Positions 1-8,912 of a stretch of DNA of 64,000 nt are shown one piece after another (the first letter of the stretch is position 1; each line of letters begins with the position of its first letter). The notes below the pieces were generated by a model. That model worked only from the letters and a program-made list of their open reading frames with translations, was not told the origin of the DNA and made no database searches. This stretch comes from Phycisphaerae bacterium (lineage in GTDB: Bacteria > Planctomycetota > Phycisphaerae > UBA1845 > Fen-1342), in the NCBI GenBank assembly GCA_050115495.1, contig JASFQK010000021.1, forward strand, positions 49,620-113,619. The letters run 5' to 3'. The translations under genes and the position numbers were made by a program.

Positions 1-53
1 GCCGGGACCTGCCCGAGCGACGTTCGCGACGGACAGACATAAGGAGATGGAGC

Positions 54-2816
54 ATGCGACGAGCGCTGGCCCTGGGTTTGTTGGTTTGTTCTGCCCAGCT
101 TGCCGTGGGCGAGATGGTCATCTCGGAGTGGATGTATGGCGGCGCCGACGGTGAATTCGTGGAGTTCACAAACACCGGGCCGTACACCGTGGATATGACC
201 GGCTGGAGCTTCGACGACGACAGCGCCATCCCGGGCACGGTGGACCTGAGCGCCTTCGGCGTGGTTGAGCCGGGCGAGTCGGTCATTCTGACCGAGGCGA
301 CGGCGGTGGACTTCGCCGTAGCGTGGGGTCTGAGCGGCGTTGCCATCATCGGCGACCTGTCGGCGAACCTCAGCCGCAACGATCAGATCAACCTGTATGA
401 CGCCGGCGACGGCCTCGTCGACCAGTTGAGCTACGGCGACGAGACGTACCCTGGGACGCCTCGGGCGCAGAACGCGAGCTGCAACATCCCCGATTCCGAC
501 TACGGTTACACAATCGCCCAGACGAGCTGGGTGCTGGCGACGGTCGGAGACGCGTACGGCTCGTGGCTGTCCGCGGGCGGGGACGTGGCCAGCCCCGGGC
601 GCATCGTCGGCTACGCGCCGAGCGATTTCGACTGGGACGGCGACGTGGACGAGGCCGATTTCGACGCCCTGAGCTGCTGCCTGGCAGGGCCGGACGTGTC
701 GTACGACCCGCCGCCGGTGGAGTGCGGCCTGGTGCCCGACGCCGAGGGGTTCTTCACCGCTGACTACGACAAGGACAGCGACGTGGACTTGGTCGATTTC
801 TCGGTGTTCCAGGGGTGCTTCAGCGGGGCGGACAACCCGGCGGACATCACCTGCGGCGTCCTGGAAGAGCCGCACGAAGACACGTACATCACGCTGAACG
901 GTGACTGGATCGCGGTAGACGGCAGCGGGGTCACGGTGGACGGGACCGAGGCGACGATCACGGTGCCGGGCACGTATCACGTCGTCGGCACGCTGGACGA
1001 TGGGCGGATCGTCGTGAATGCGGCGGGCGGCCTGGTGCAGATGCTCCTGGAGGGCGTGGACATCACGAACTCCGAGAACGCGCCGGTCTTCGTAATGAGT
1101 GCCGGCAGCGTCGAGGTCGTCCTGGCTAACCAGACGGTCAACTACCTGACGGACGCGACCACCTACGTCTATCCGGACCCGGAAGACCCCGAGCCGGATG
1201 CCGCCCTGTTCAGCAAGGCCCCCATGACGATCTCGGGCACGGGCACGCTCGTCGTGCAGGGCAATTACCAGGACGGGATCGCCGGCAAGGACGAGTTGAT
1301 CATCACCGGCGGCACGCTGGACGTGACAGCGGTGGATGACGGCATCCGCGGCCGGGACTACCTGCGGATCACCGGCGGCGATTTCACGATCGAGTGCGAC
1401 GGCGACGGTCTGAAGGCCACCAACGACGAGGACCCGCTGCTGGGCTACATCACGCTCGAAGACGGGACGTATGACATCACGTCCGGCGGCGACGGCATCG
1501 CGGCCGAGACGCACGCCAACATCAGCGGCGGCGGCTACACGCTGCTGTGTGGCGGCGGCCACACGGTGACCCTCCCCACCGACGTTTCCGCCAAGGGCGT
1601 CAAGGGGTTGGCCGGCGTCGATATCAGCGGCGGCACGTTCGACATGGACTGCGCCGATGACGGCGTTCACTCCAACGACACCGTGACGATCAGCGAAGCC
1701 TCGCTGACGATCGCGACCAACGACAACCTCACGGCCGGCTACGGGGACGGCGTGCACGCCGACAACCTGACCCACATCATCAGCGGGTCGGTGATCATCA
1801 CCTCATGCTACGAAGGCATCGAGGGCGGGAACATCACCATCGACGACGGCATCATCAACGTCACGTCGTCGAACGACGCCATCGACGCAGTGAGCAACAT
1901 CGTCATCAACGGTGGGCAGTTCACGATTCTCTCCGGCGGCGGGCACCTGGTCACCATTCCGTCGAGCCGCTCGGCGAAGGCGATCAAGGGACTGGTCAGC
2001 GTGACCATCGGCGGCGGCACGTTCGACATCGACGCGGCCGACGACGGTCTCCACTCCGATAACGCCGTGACCGTCAGCGGCGGCGACCTGACCATTGCGA
2101 CGAACAGCAGCACGTCCGCCAGCTACGGCGACGGCGTCCATGCCGAGTACTCCTTTCACATGACGGGCGGCAGCATCAACGTCACGACCGCCTTTGAGGG
2201 GCTCGAAAGCCGGGTCATCACGATCGACGACGGTGCCATCCGGGTGAACACGAGCGATGACGGCATCAACGCCGCCGGTGCCTCCGGGCTGAACAACTAC
2301 ATTCACATCAACGGCGGGTACATCGCGGTTTACGCGCAGGGTGACGGCATCGACGCCAACGGCCACATCACGATGAGCGGCGGCACGGTGATCGTGCATG
2401 GGCCGACGGGCAACTTCAACGGCGCGATCGATTACGACGGCACCTTCAATATCAGCGGTGGATTCCTGATCGCCGCCGGCAGCGCGGGAATGGCGCAGGC
2501 GCCGAGCACGTCGTCGACGCAGCGTTCCATCAAGATCACGTACGGATCCAACAAGGCCGCCGGCACGCTGGCGCACTTGCAGCTCACGAACAGCCCGTAC
2601 ACGAGCATCTTCACATTCGCGCCATCCAAGATCTACCGGTCGGTCGTGTTCTCGTCGCCGGCTCTGACGCAAGGCACGTCGTACGGGCTGTACACCGGCG
2701 GCAGTTGCACGGGCATGGCGATCGACGGCCTGTACACGGACGGCACGTACTCGGGTGGCACGAGGACGAACACGATCACGACGTACAACATCGTGACGAA
2801 CGTGTACGCACCCTGA
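54..2816 (+). CDS. Secreted protein: lamin-tail domain (LTD) + dockerin-like EF-hand module + Cthe_2159/DUF4353-type beta-helix carbohydrate-binding domain
   Basis: AAGGAG RBS and signal peptide; LTD motif VISEWMY...EFVEFTN; DFDWDGDVDEADF and DYDKDSDVDLVDF Ca-binding repeats; AALFSK, GIAGKDEL, DDGIRGRD and GDGIDANG motifs typical of Cthe_2159-like proteins. Confidence 0.85.
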   Translation: MRRALALGLLVCSAQLAVGEMVISEWMYGGADGEFVEFTNTGPYTVDMTGWSFDDDSAIPGTVDLSAFGVVEPGESVILTEATAVDFAVAWGLSGVAIIGDLSANLSRNDQINLYDAGDGLVDQLSYGDETYPGTPRAQNASCNIPDSDYGYTIAQTSWVLATVGDAYGSWLSAGGDVASPGRIVGYAPSDFDWDGDVDEADFDALSCCLAGPDVSYDPPPVECGLVPDAEGFFTADYDKDSDVDLVDFSVFQGCFSGADNPADITCGVLEEPHEDTYITLNGDWIAVDGSGVTVDGTEATITVPGTYHVVGTLDDGRIVVNAAGGLVQMLLEGVDITNSENAPVFVMSAGSVEVVLANQTVNYLTDATTYVYPDPEDPEPDAALFSKAPMTISGTGTLVVQGNYQDGIAGKDELIITGGTLDVTAVDDGIRGRDYLRITGGDFTIECDGDGLKATNDEDPLLGYITLEDGTYDITSGGDGIAAETHANISGGGYTLLCGGGHTVTLPTDVSAKGVKGLAGVDISGGTFDMDCADDGVHSNDTVTISEASLTIATNDNLTAGYGDGVHADNLTHIISGSVIITSCYEGIEGGNITIDDGIINVTSSNDAIDAVSNIVINGGQFTILSGGGHLVTIPSSRSAKAIKGLVSVTIGGGTFDIDAADDGLHSDNAVTVSGGDLTIATNSSTSASYGDGVHAEYSFHMTGGSINVTTAFEGLESRVITIDDGAIRVNTSDDGINAAGASGLNNYIHINGGYIAVYAQGDGIDANGHITMSGGTVIVHGPTGNFNGAIDYDGTFNISGGFLIAAGSAGMAQAPSTSSTQRSIKITYGSNKAAGTLAHLQLTNSPYTSIFTFAPSKIYRSVVFSSPALTQGTSYGLYTGGSCTGMAIDGLYTDGTYSGGTRTNTITTYNIVTNVYAP

Positions 2817-2895
2817 CGGGTCGTTGGGTACACTGGGTGCCTGGTGTCCCGCGCCGGCCGGCGCGGGACGCCGGGTGTGTACGCGGACGAACGAT

Positions 2896-3570
2896 ATGCG
2901 CGTGCTCATCGTCGAGGATCAGCAGCGGCTGCGGCACTGGCTGAAGAAGGGCCTGAGCGAAGCCGATTTCGTCGTAGACGCCACGGGCGACGGCCAGGAA
3001 GGGCTGTGGTACGCGCGGGGCAATACGTACGACGCCATCGTCCTGGACCTGATGCTGCCCGGGGTGGACGGGCTGAGCATTCTGCGGCAACTGCGGGCGG
3101 CGGGCCGTGACGACCCGGTGCTCATTCTCACCGCTCGGGACACGGTGCCGGACCGCGTCCAGGGGCTGGATCTGGGGGCCGACGATTACCTGGTCAAGCC
3201 GTTCGCCTTTGAGGAACTGCTGGCGCGCGTGCGGGCCCTGGTCCGCCGGCGGTACGGCAATCGCAGCTCCCTCCTCGAGATCGGCGATTTGCGCATCGAT
3301 ACGGCCAAGCGGCAGGTGTGCCGCGACGGAGAAGAGGTCGAGCTGCGAGCGATGGAGTACAAGATCCTGGAATACCTGGCGCGGCGGGCTGGCGAGACCG
3401 TCTCCCGCGCCGAGATCTGGGAGCAGCTCTACGACTTCGGCGCGCAGACGATGAGCAACGTCGTGGACGTGCACATCAGCAGCCTGCGGCGGAAGATCGA
3501 TCGGCCGGGAGAGACGAGCCGCATCCAGACGCGTCGCGGCCTCGGCTACATGCTGGGAGCGGGGCCATGA
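2896..3570 (+). CDS. OmpR/PhoB-family response regulator
   Basis: MRVLIVED, LDLMLPG, GLDLGADDYLVKPF receiver motifs; winged-helix SNVVDVHISSLRRKI...IQTRRGLGY; start moved to ATG 2896. Confidence 0.95.
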   Translation: MRVLIVEDQQRLRHWLKKGLSEADFVVDATGDGQEGLWYARGNTYDAIVLDLMLPGVDGLSILRQLRAAGRDDPVLILTARDTVPDRVQGLDLGADDYLVKPFAFEELLARVRALVRRRYGNRSSLLEIGDLRIDTAKRQVCRDGEEVELRAMEYKILEYLARRAGETVSRAEIWEQLYDFGAQTMSNVVDVHISSLRRKIDRPGETSRIQTRRGLGYMLGAGP

Positions 3571-5144
3571 CGCCGTCGCTGCGCTCGCGGCTGGTCCTGG
3601 GCATGTTCGTGGGGATCGCGGCGCTGCTGATCATCGCGGGGACAACGATCTACACGGTGCAGCAGCGGCAGCTCTATCGCGCGTTCGACGACACGCTGCT
3701 GAACAGTGCCAATGCCCTGACGCTGCTGATCCACCGCGGTCCGTTCGGCAACTGGTTCGACACGAACCGGCTGGAACGCCTGCCGGCCGGGCAGATTCGC
3801 CAGGGGGCAGTATTCCAGATCTGGAGCGATCAGCCGATCGACATGCTGCCTGCGGGGTGGAACAGAGACGCCGGCGAGGATGAGGAGGAGCCCTCCGGGC
3901 CGCCGGACTGGCCGCTCGGGCCACCGCCGGACGAACCGTTTGGCGAACCCTTCGGGGAGCCGCCGGACGAGTGGCGGTGGCGGATGCCGGGCGAGTTGGT
4001 GATTCGTTCGGAGTCGCTGGACGGGGCGGACCTGCCGCAGCTCGCCGGGGCGGGGGATAAACCCCGTTTCGAGCGGATCACGCTGCCGGACGGCTCGCCA
4101 GGTCGGGCCGTCGGGTTGCACGTGCAGATGGCCGGGCGTGGTCCGGGGCCGCGTCGTCCCCCACCGATCAAGCTGACCACTGTTGTTGCGGCCAGCACCG
4201 TGGAGATCGACAAGCAACTGAGCTTCCTGTTGGCGTTGCTGATCGTGACGGCGGCGGGGACGATGGCTGTGGCGGGCGGCGTGGCCTGGCTGGTGGTGAG
4301 TCGCGGGTTGCGCCCGCTGGACGCCGTGGCGAAGCAGATCGCCAATCTGGACGAAACGGGCCTCAAGGAACACATCGCCGATCGCGGCGTGCCGCGGGAG
4401 ATCGAGCCGGTCGTCCAGCAGCTCAACGCGCTGCTCGGGCGGCTCGACGGCGCCTTCGAGCGTGAACGGGCCCTCACGGCCGACGTGGCTCACGAGCTGC
4501 GCACGCCGGTGGCGGAGATCCGAGCGATCACCGACGTGGCGTTGAGCCGCCTGCGGGATCCGCAGGATTACCGCCAGGCGTTGGGGGACATCGCCGACAC
4601 GATCAAGACGCTGCAAGGGCTGATCGAGAAGCTACTGACGCTCGCGCGGCTCGAGACGGGGCAGTTGAAGCCGGAGCTGACATCCATCCCGCTGAAGCCC
4701 GTGGTCGAGCAGCACTGGATGCTGGTCCAGCCAACGGCGGAGTCGCGCAAAGTCACGCTTGAGGACCGCTGCCCGCCGGACGTGCTGGTGGCGGCGGACC
4801 CGAAGCTGCTGGAGATGGTCCTGGCGAACGCGCTGACCAACGCCGCGGAGTACGCCCGCGGCGACAGCCGGGTCATCGTGGAGGCCGCGTGCGTTGGGCA
4901 GCACCGGACGCTGATCGTGGGCAATGCGGGTTGTCCGCTGAGTGAAGAGGAAGTGGCCCGAGCCTTCGAGCGGTTCTGGCGAGCCGACACGGCCCGCAGC
5001 CGGAGCGGCCTCAACTGCGGACTCGGGCTGACACTCGTACGACGGGCGATGGAAGCGATGGGCGGAACGGCGGAGGCCACCGTGAACGCCGACCAGTGGT
5101 TCACACTGACGCTCATGTTTCCGCCGGCGGAGGCGGCGGCCTGA
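3567..5144 (+). CDS. Sensor histidine kinase (2 TM, HAMP, HisKA, HATPase)
   Basis: ATGA overlap with the regulator; H-box ADVAHELRTP; N-box NALTNA; FERFWRAD and CGLGLTLV. Confidence 0.93.
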   Translation: MTPSLRSRLVLGMFVGIAALLIIAGTTIYTVQQRQLYRAFDDTLLNSANALTLLIHRGPFGNWFDTNRLERLPAGQIRQGAVFQIWSDQPIDMLPAGWNRDAGEDEEEPSGPPDWPLGPPPDEPFGEPFGEPPDEWRWRMPGELVIRSESLDGADLPQLAGAGDKPRFERITLPDGSPGRAVGLHVQMAGRGPGPRRPPPIKLTTVVAASTVEIDKQLSFLLALLIVTAAGTMAVAGGVAWLVVSRGLRPLDAVAKQIANLDETGLKEHIADRGVPREIEPVVQQLNALLGRLDGAFERERALTADVAHELRTPVAEIRAITDVALSRLRDPQDYRQALGDIADTIKTLQGLIEKLLTLARLETGQLKPELTSIPLKPVVEQHWMLVQPTAESRKVTLEDRCPPDVLVAADPKLLEMVLANALTNAAEYARGDSRVIVEAACVGQHRTLIVGNAGCPLSEEEVARAFERFWRADTARSRSGLNCGLGLTLVRRAMEAMGGTAEATVNADQWFTLTLMFPPAEAAA

Positions 5145-5213
5145 CGGAGAACATCGGAGATGGAATGGGTTATCGGTCGTAACGCGAATTGCGGCGGACC
5201 GAGCCGCAACCAT

Positions 5214-5246
5214 TTCATCCTCTATTCACACTCGGTTTGGTAGGAT
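5214..5246 (+). promoter_or_regulatory. Putative OmpR-type direct-repeat box with extended -10 element
   Basis: TTCAT (5214) and TTCAC (5225) at 11-bp period, then TGn-TAGGAT (5238-5246), upstream of the LTD/PEP-CTERM gene. Confidence 0.4.
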
Positions 5247-5364
5247 GGTGCGTGTCGCGGCGTATCCGCGGCCGTGGAGTACCAGGACATGCGCCCGCAC
5301 GGGCGGGAGGCGAGGGTGTCCCCGTCGTGAAAACCGGTTTGGGCGCAGGGAAGGAGACAGTGTC

Positions 5365-5991
5365 ATGAAATGCGCATGGGTGGTTGCTCTGGCCGTGTGT
5401 CTGGCGCAGTTCGCGTCGGGCGACGTGGTCATCTCGGAGTGGATGTACAGCGGCTCAGACGGGGAGTACGTCGAGTTCACCAACGTCGGCACCGAGCCGG
5501 TGGACATGACGAACTGGAGCTACAGCGACAGCGACGCGCAACCCGGCGACGTGTCATTCCTCGACGTCTTCGGCATCGTCCAGCCGGGCGAATCCGTGAT
5601 CCTGACCGAGATGGGGGCGGAAGATTTCCGCATCGCCTGGTGGCTCGACAGCACCGTCAAGATCTTCGGCCCGAACGACAACAGCAACCTGGGCCGCAAC
5701 GACACGATCAATCTCTACGACGCGGCGGGCATTCTGGTCGACACGCTGGCGTACGGCGACGAGGACTATCCCGACACGCCGCGGACGAAGGACGCCAGCT
5801 GCAACATCCCGGCATCCGACTACGGTTACACAGTGGCTCAGACGACCTGGACGCTGGCTGCGGTCGGCGATTCGTTCGGCTCGTGGACGTCCGTCGGTGG
5901 CGACATCGGTACGCCCGGCTGCATTCCGGAGCCGGCCACGGCGGCGCTGCTGCTGATCGGCGGCCTGATGGTTGGCTGCCGTCGGCGGTAG
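5365..5991 (+). CDS. Lamin-tail domain PEP-CTERM protein
   Basis: AAGGAG RBS, signal peptide, LTD paralogous to the N-terminus of 54..2816, C-terminal IPEP-TM-RRR. Confidence 0.9.
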   Translation: MKCAWVVALAVCLAQFASGDVVISEWMYSGSDGEYVEFTNVGTEPVDMTNWSYSDSDAQPGDVSFLDVFGIVQPGESVILTEMGAEDFRIAWWLDSTVKIFGPNDNSNLGRNDTINLYDAAGILVDTLAYGDEDYPDTPRTKDASCNIPASDYGYTVAQTTWTLAAVGDSFGSWTSVGGDIGTPGCIPEPATAALLLIGGLMVGCRRR

Positions 5992-6122
5992 GCCCCCGAG
6001 TCTCCTCCCCGGGTCCATCGCGGATCGCCGCGCGGGCCCGCTCATACCGGCGGCACGGGTGCCGATTCACCGATCATCGCCGGAGGATGCGGAGCGAGCG
6101 GGCGGACACGATGGTGCACCCA

Positions 6123-6162
6123 CGTAGCGGCCTGCTTCCGAGGAACAGGCCGGACCGCTACG
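6123..6162. repeat. GTAG-type REP-like palindrome
   Basis: CGTAGCGG...CCGCTACG inverted repeat with inner GCCTG/CAGGC stem; a related GGCCGACCGCTAC element lies near 44850-44876. Confidence 0.4.
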
Positions 6163-6299
6163 AACGTTGTCGGCGCGGGGGGGGCGCCCCCCCGCGCCGG
6201 CAGACTCCACAGGAGATTCGTTGCGACCGTTTCGTCGGGGGCGGGCGGTCTGCGCCGACGACTTCTCGGCTGACCGGAGGGCGCTAAGCAGCCCAGCGG

Positions 6300-7067
6300 C
6301 TAGGACAGCTTGTGGCCCTGAACATCACGCCGCTTGACGCCGACGATCGCCACGTAATGGAGCGGGTGATGGTCCGTCGCCAGACGGTGCTGATAGCGTT
6401 CGCGGCGGCGCAACTCCAGCGTGCCGTCGTCCAGCATGGCCCGGACCAGCCGGGAGAAGCCGGAGTGATCTCCATTCGAGAGGAAGTCTTCCTTGATGTT
6501 GAAGGCGATCCAACCGCCGACGTCGATCAGGTTGTACGCGGAGATGAATGCCTCGGTCGGGATGTCGCCGAAACCAAGGGCCGCTACGCAGGTCAACGCG
6601 TTGAAGCGGCAACCGGCCAGCTCGCGGCGGTTTCCCTCGTTCAGGGTGGCCATGTCGAGAACATAGTAGTTGTCGTAGGACCCGGGCCGGTCGCGCTCCG
6701 CGGCCTCGGCGGCTTTCTCGATGATGTCCACGCCCACGATGAACTTGGCGCCCAGATCGGTCAGCTCGTCGGCGACGATGCCGTTACCAGCGCCGAGGTC
6801 CAGGACGCGCAGGTCGTCGGCGGACATGGGCGCATCGGCCAGCTCGGCCTCCAGCAGGCGACGGACGACGCGGGGGGAATCGCAACCCAGGATGTCGTAG
6901 ATAACCTTCTCGTAGAGCCCGGGAACCGAGTAGAGCTCGTCATAATCGTGAAAGCGAATCTGACGCCACTCGCCGTTGACGCGGACAACACACCATTCCG
7001 CGTCCTGCGTCAGAGACAGACCCGGCTCCGGCAGAGCCACAATCAGACCGTTGTTATCCGAACTCAC
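6300..7067 (-). CDS. Class I SAM-dependent methyltransferase
   Basis: VLDLGAGNG motif I and IVGVD; GTG start with AGAGG RBS inferred. Confidence 0.85.
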   Translation of the reverse strand: MSSDNNGLIVALPEPGLSLTQDAEWCVVRVNGEWRQIRFHDYDELYSVPGLYEKVIYDILGCDSPRVVRRLLEAELADAPMSADDLRVLDLGAGNGIVADELTDLGAKFIVGVDIIEKAAEAAERDRPGSYDNYYVLDMATLNEGNRRELAGCRFNALTCVAALGFGDIPTEAFISAYNLIDVGGWIAFNIKEDFLSNGDHSGFSRLVRAMLDDGTLELRRRERYQHRLATDHHPLHYVAIVGVKRRDVQGHKLS

Positions 7068-7138
7068 CGAGCGTCCTCTCTTCCTACCCCCCTGCTGAGC
7101 AGCCCTCATGGACTGCGTGCCGCACTGTCGTCCGCCCC

Positions 7139-7666
7139 CTATGTCGTTTCGCCTGAGGCCGCTTCCACCGGCTCCGCGCCGGAACGAGAATCCAGCGGGC
7201 CGGCGATCAGAATTGGCGAGGCCTCGAGCGTCTGAACGTCCATCATTTCCGCGATGCGCTGGAGCGAGGCGAGCGTCTGGAACCGTTCCCAGTCCTTCAA
7301 CTTGGCGAGCTCCTCACGAAACCGATCCTGCAACAGCGAGGGGGCGTTCTTCAGCACGTCCCGCCCCGCCGTCGTGACCTTCACGTTCACGCTGCGGCCG
7401 TCCTGAGCGTGGCGGAAACGTTCGATGTAACCCACGCGTTCGAGCCGCTGCACGATGCCCGTGAGGGTCGGCTGCCCGACATGGATCGCCCGAGCCAGTT
7501 CGCCGACGGAGCACTCGCCCAACCGCTCCGCGGCCCGCAGTGTGGCGAGTTGGGGCCAGGTCAACCCGACCTCGTGCACGAGATGGTGGGAATGCAGGTC
7601 GACGCCCCGCATGATTCGGCGAAGGGCGACGACGATCTCGTCCTCGACGGTCAATGAACGATCCAT
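7139..7666 (-). CDS. MarR-family transcriptional regulator (EctR/CosR-like)
   Basis: ALRRIMRGVDLHS...GLTWPQL...TLTGIVQRLE...DGRSVNV...APSLLQDRF...LQRIAEMMD...ASPIL, the pattern of the EctR/CosR subgroup. Confidence 0.88.
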   Translation of the reverse strand: MDRSLTVEDEIVVALRRIMRGVDLHSHHLVHEVGLTWPQLATLRAAERLGECSVGELARAIHVGQPTLTGIVQRLERVGYIERFRHAQDGRSVNVKVTTAGRDVLKNAPSLLQDRFREELAKLKDWERFQTLASLQRIAEMMDVQTLEASPILIAGPLDSRSGAEPVEAASGETT

Positions 7667-7969
7667 ACTCTGCTCGGCGCTCCAGTTAGATTGAACGCTA
7701 AGCATATCATGTTCCACGCAGGGCCGCAACGCTTCCGCCGGCCCAGGAAGGATCATATAAGCATTTTGTTTGCAGCAAGTTAACATCGCCAGCCGGAATA
7801 TGCGGACGCTCAGCGCCTTCAGGCTATCGCTTGTATGCGAAATATATTCGTGTCGGGGCGCGGAGTGAACGCCCGCGCCGACGCGGACGGTTGCCCAGGG
7901 GCGTCCCATCCGCCGGCGTCATGCATGGCAGCCGCAGGAGCACCTCTCCCGTATGCGGCTGGGCGGGGT

Positions 7970-8227
7970 CTAAGTCAACGTGAGCGCCGGCCTTCCGCCA
8001 GCGCTCTGCAGATCCATCGTCTTTCCGCTGAGGAATTCGGCGGTCATCGCGTCGAACACGAGCACCGTGTTCTCATTGTGCGTGACGACCTCGTCCTCAG
8101 GCTTCTGCTCGTCCCATTTGAACTCGAGACGCCCCTCCTGCCTGCCGAGGCGGAGCGTCTTGCCTTCCGGAGCGCCTTGAGCCATCTCATGAAGACGAGC
8201 GGCAGCAGCATCGGTGACAGCAAACAC
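7970..8227 (-). CDS. HesB/IscA-like fold small protein lacking Cys
   Basis: AAGGAGG RBS + GTG; VTDAAAARL...LRL...D...EDEVV...VLVFD pattern of HesB-like proteins; no Cys. Confidence 0.65.
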   Translation of the reverse strand: MFAVTDAAAARLHEMAQGAPEGKTLRLGRQEGRLEFKWDEQKPEDEVVTHNENTVLVFDAMTAEFLSGKTMDLQSAGGRPALTLT

Positions 8228-8557
8228 GCCATCCTCCTTTCGATTTGGAACAGGGGACCTCCCGACCTGCACAACGCCGAGACGCCACCCCGAGAGCACG
8301 TAACACCCACTCTCCAGCATGGTACCGCTCAATTGCTTCGTGTCAAATCGTTCGCACACGTCGGTACCGCTCCCGCTGGCAACTCTAAGTCATTTAGCCC
8401 ACGAAGTATATGGATATCAGTTTTGTCACCGCCGTATGCGGTTGACGCATGAACGCTTTCACTGCAATATAATTTGCCGTCGGGCGCGGGGGACCGCCGC
8501 CGTGAGGGATGTCTCTGGTTAGCAGTGTGAGAACGTGGGGGCGAAGGCAGGAGAGTC

Positions 8558-8836
8558 GTGGACAACGGACGGGAACAACTCGAGGAACTGGGCGCGCGGC
8601 TCGACGCCCTGTCCCGCGATGCGAAGAGGCTGAAGGGTGAGTCTTCCCGGGGGCTGGAGCAGTCGCTCCGCTCGCTCCGCGAACAATGGTCCACCCTCCG
8701 GGAGGAGCTGGACGCGATCGAGGTGCTGGGCGGCGAGCCCGGCAGCAACATGATCGTCGCCCTGCAGCAATCGCTGACCAACCTGGCCGGCGCCTGTGCA
8801 GAGGCGGAGAAGCGGCTCGGGAGCCAGGGCAACTGA
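8558..8836 (+). CDS. Small coiled-coil hypothetical protein
   Basis: AGGAG RBS + GTG; amphipathic heptad pattern. Confidence 0.6.
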   Translation: MDNGREQLEELGARLDALSRDAKRLKGESSRGLEQSLRSLREQWSTLREELDAIEVLGGEPGSNMIVALQQSLTNLAGACAEAEKRLGSQGN

Positions 8837-8912
8837 TCGAACGGCGACACTCCAGCACACCCGCTCGCGGGGGGATGTCACCGAGCACTCCAAGCGGTCG
8901 ACCAGAGAGCCG

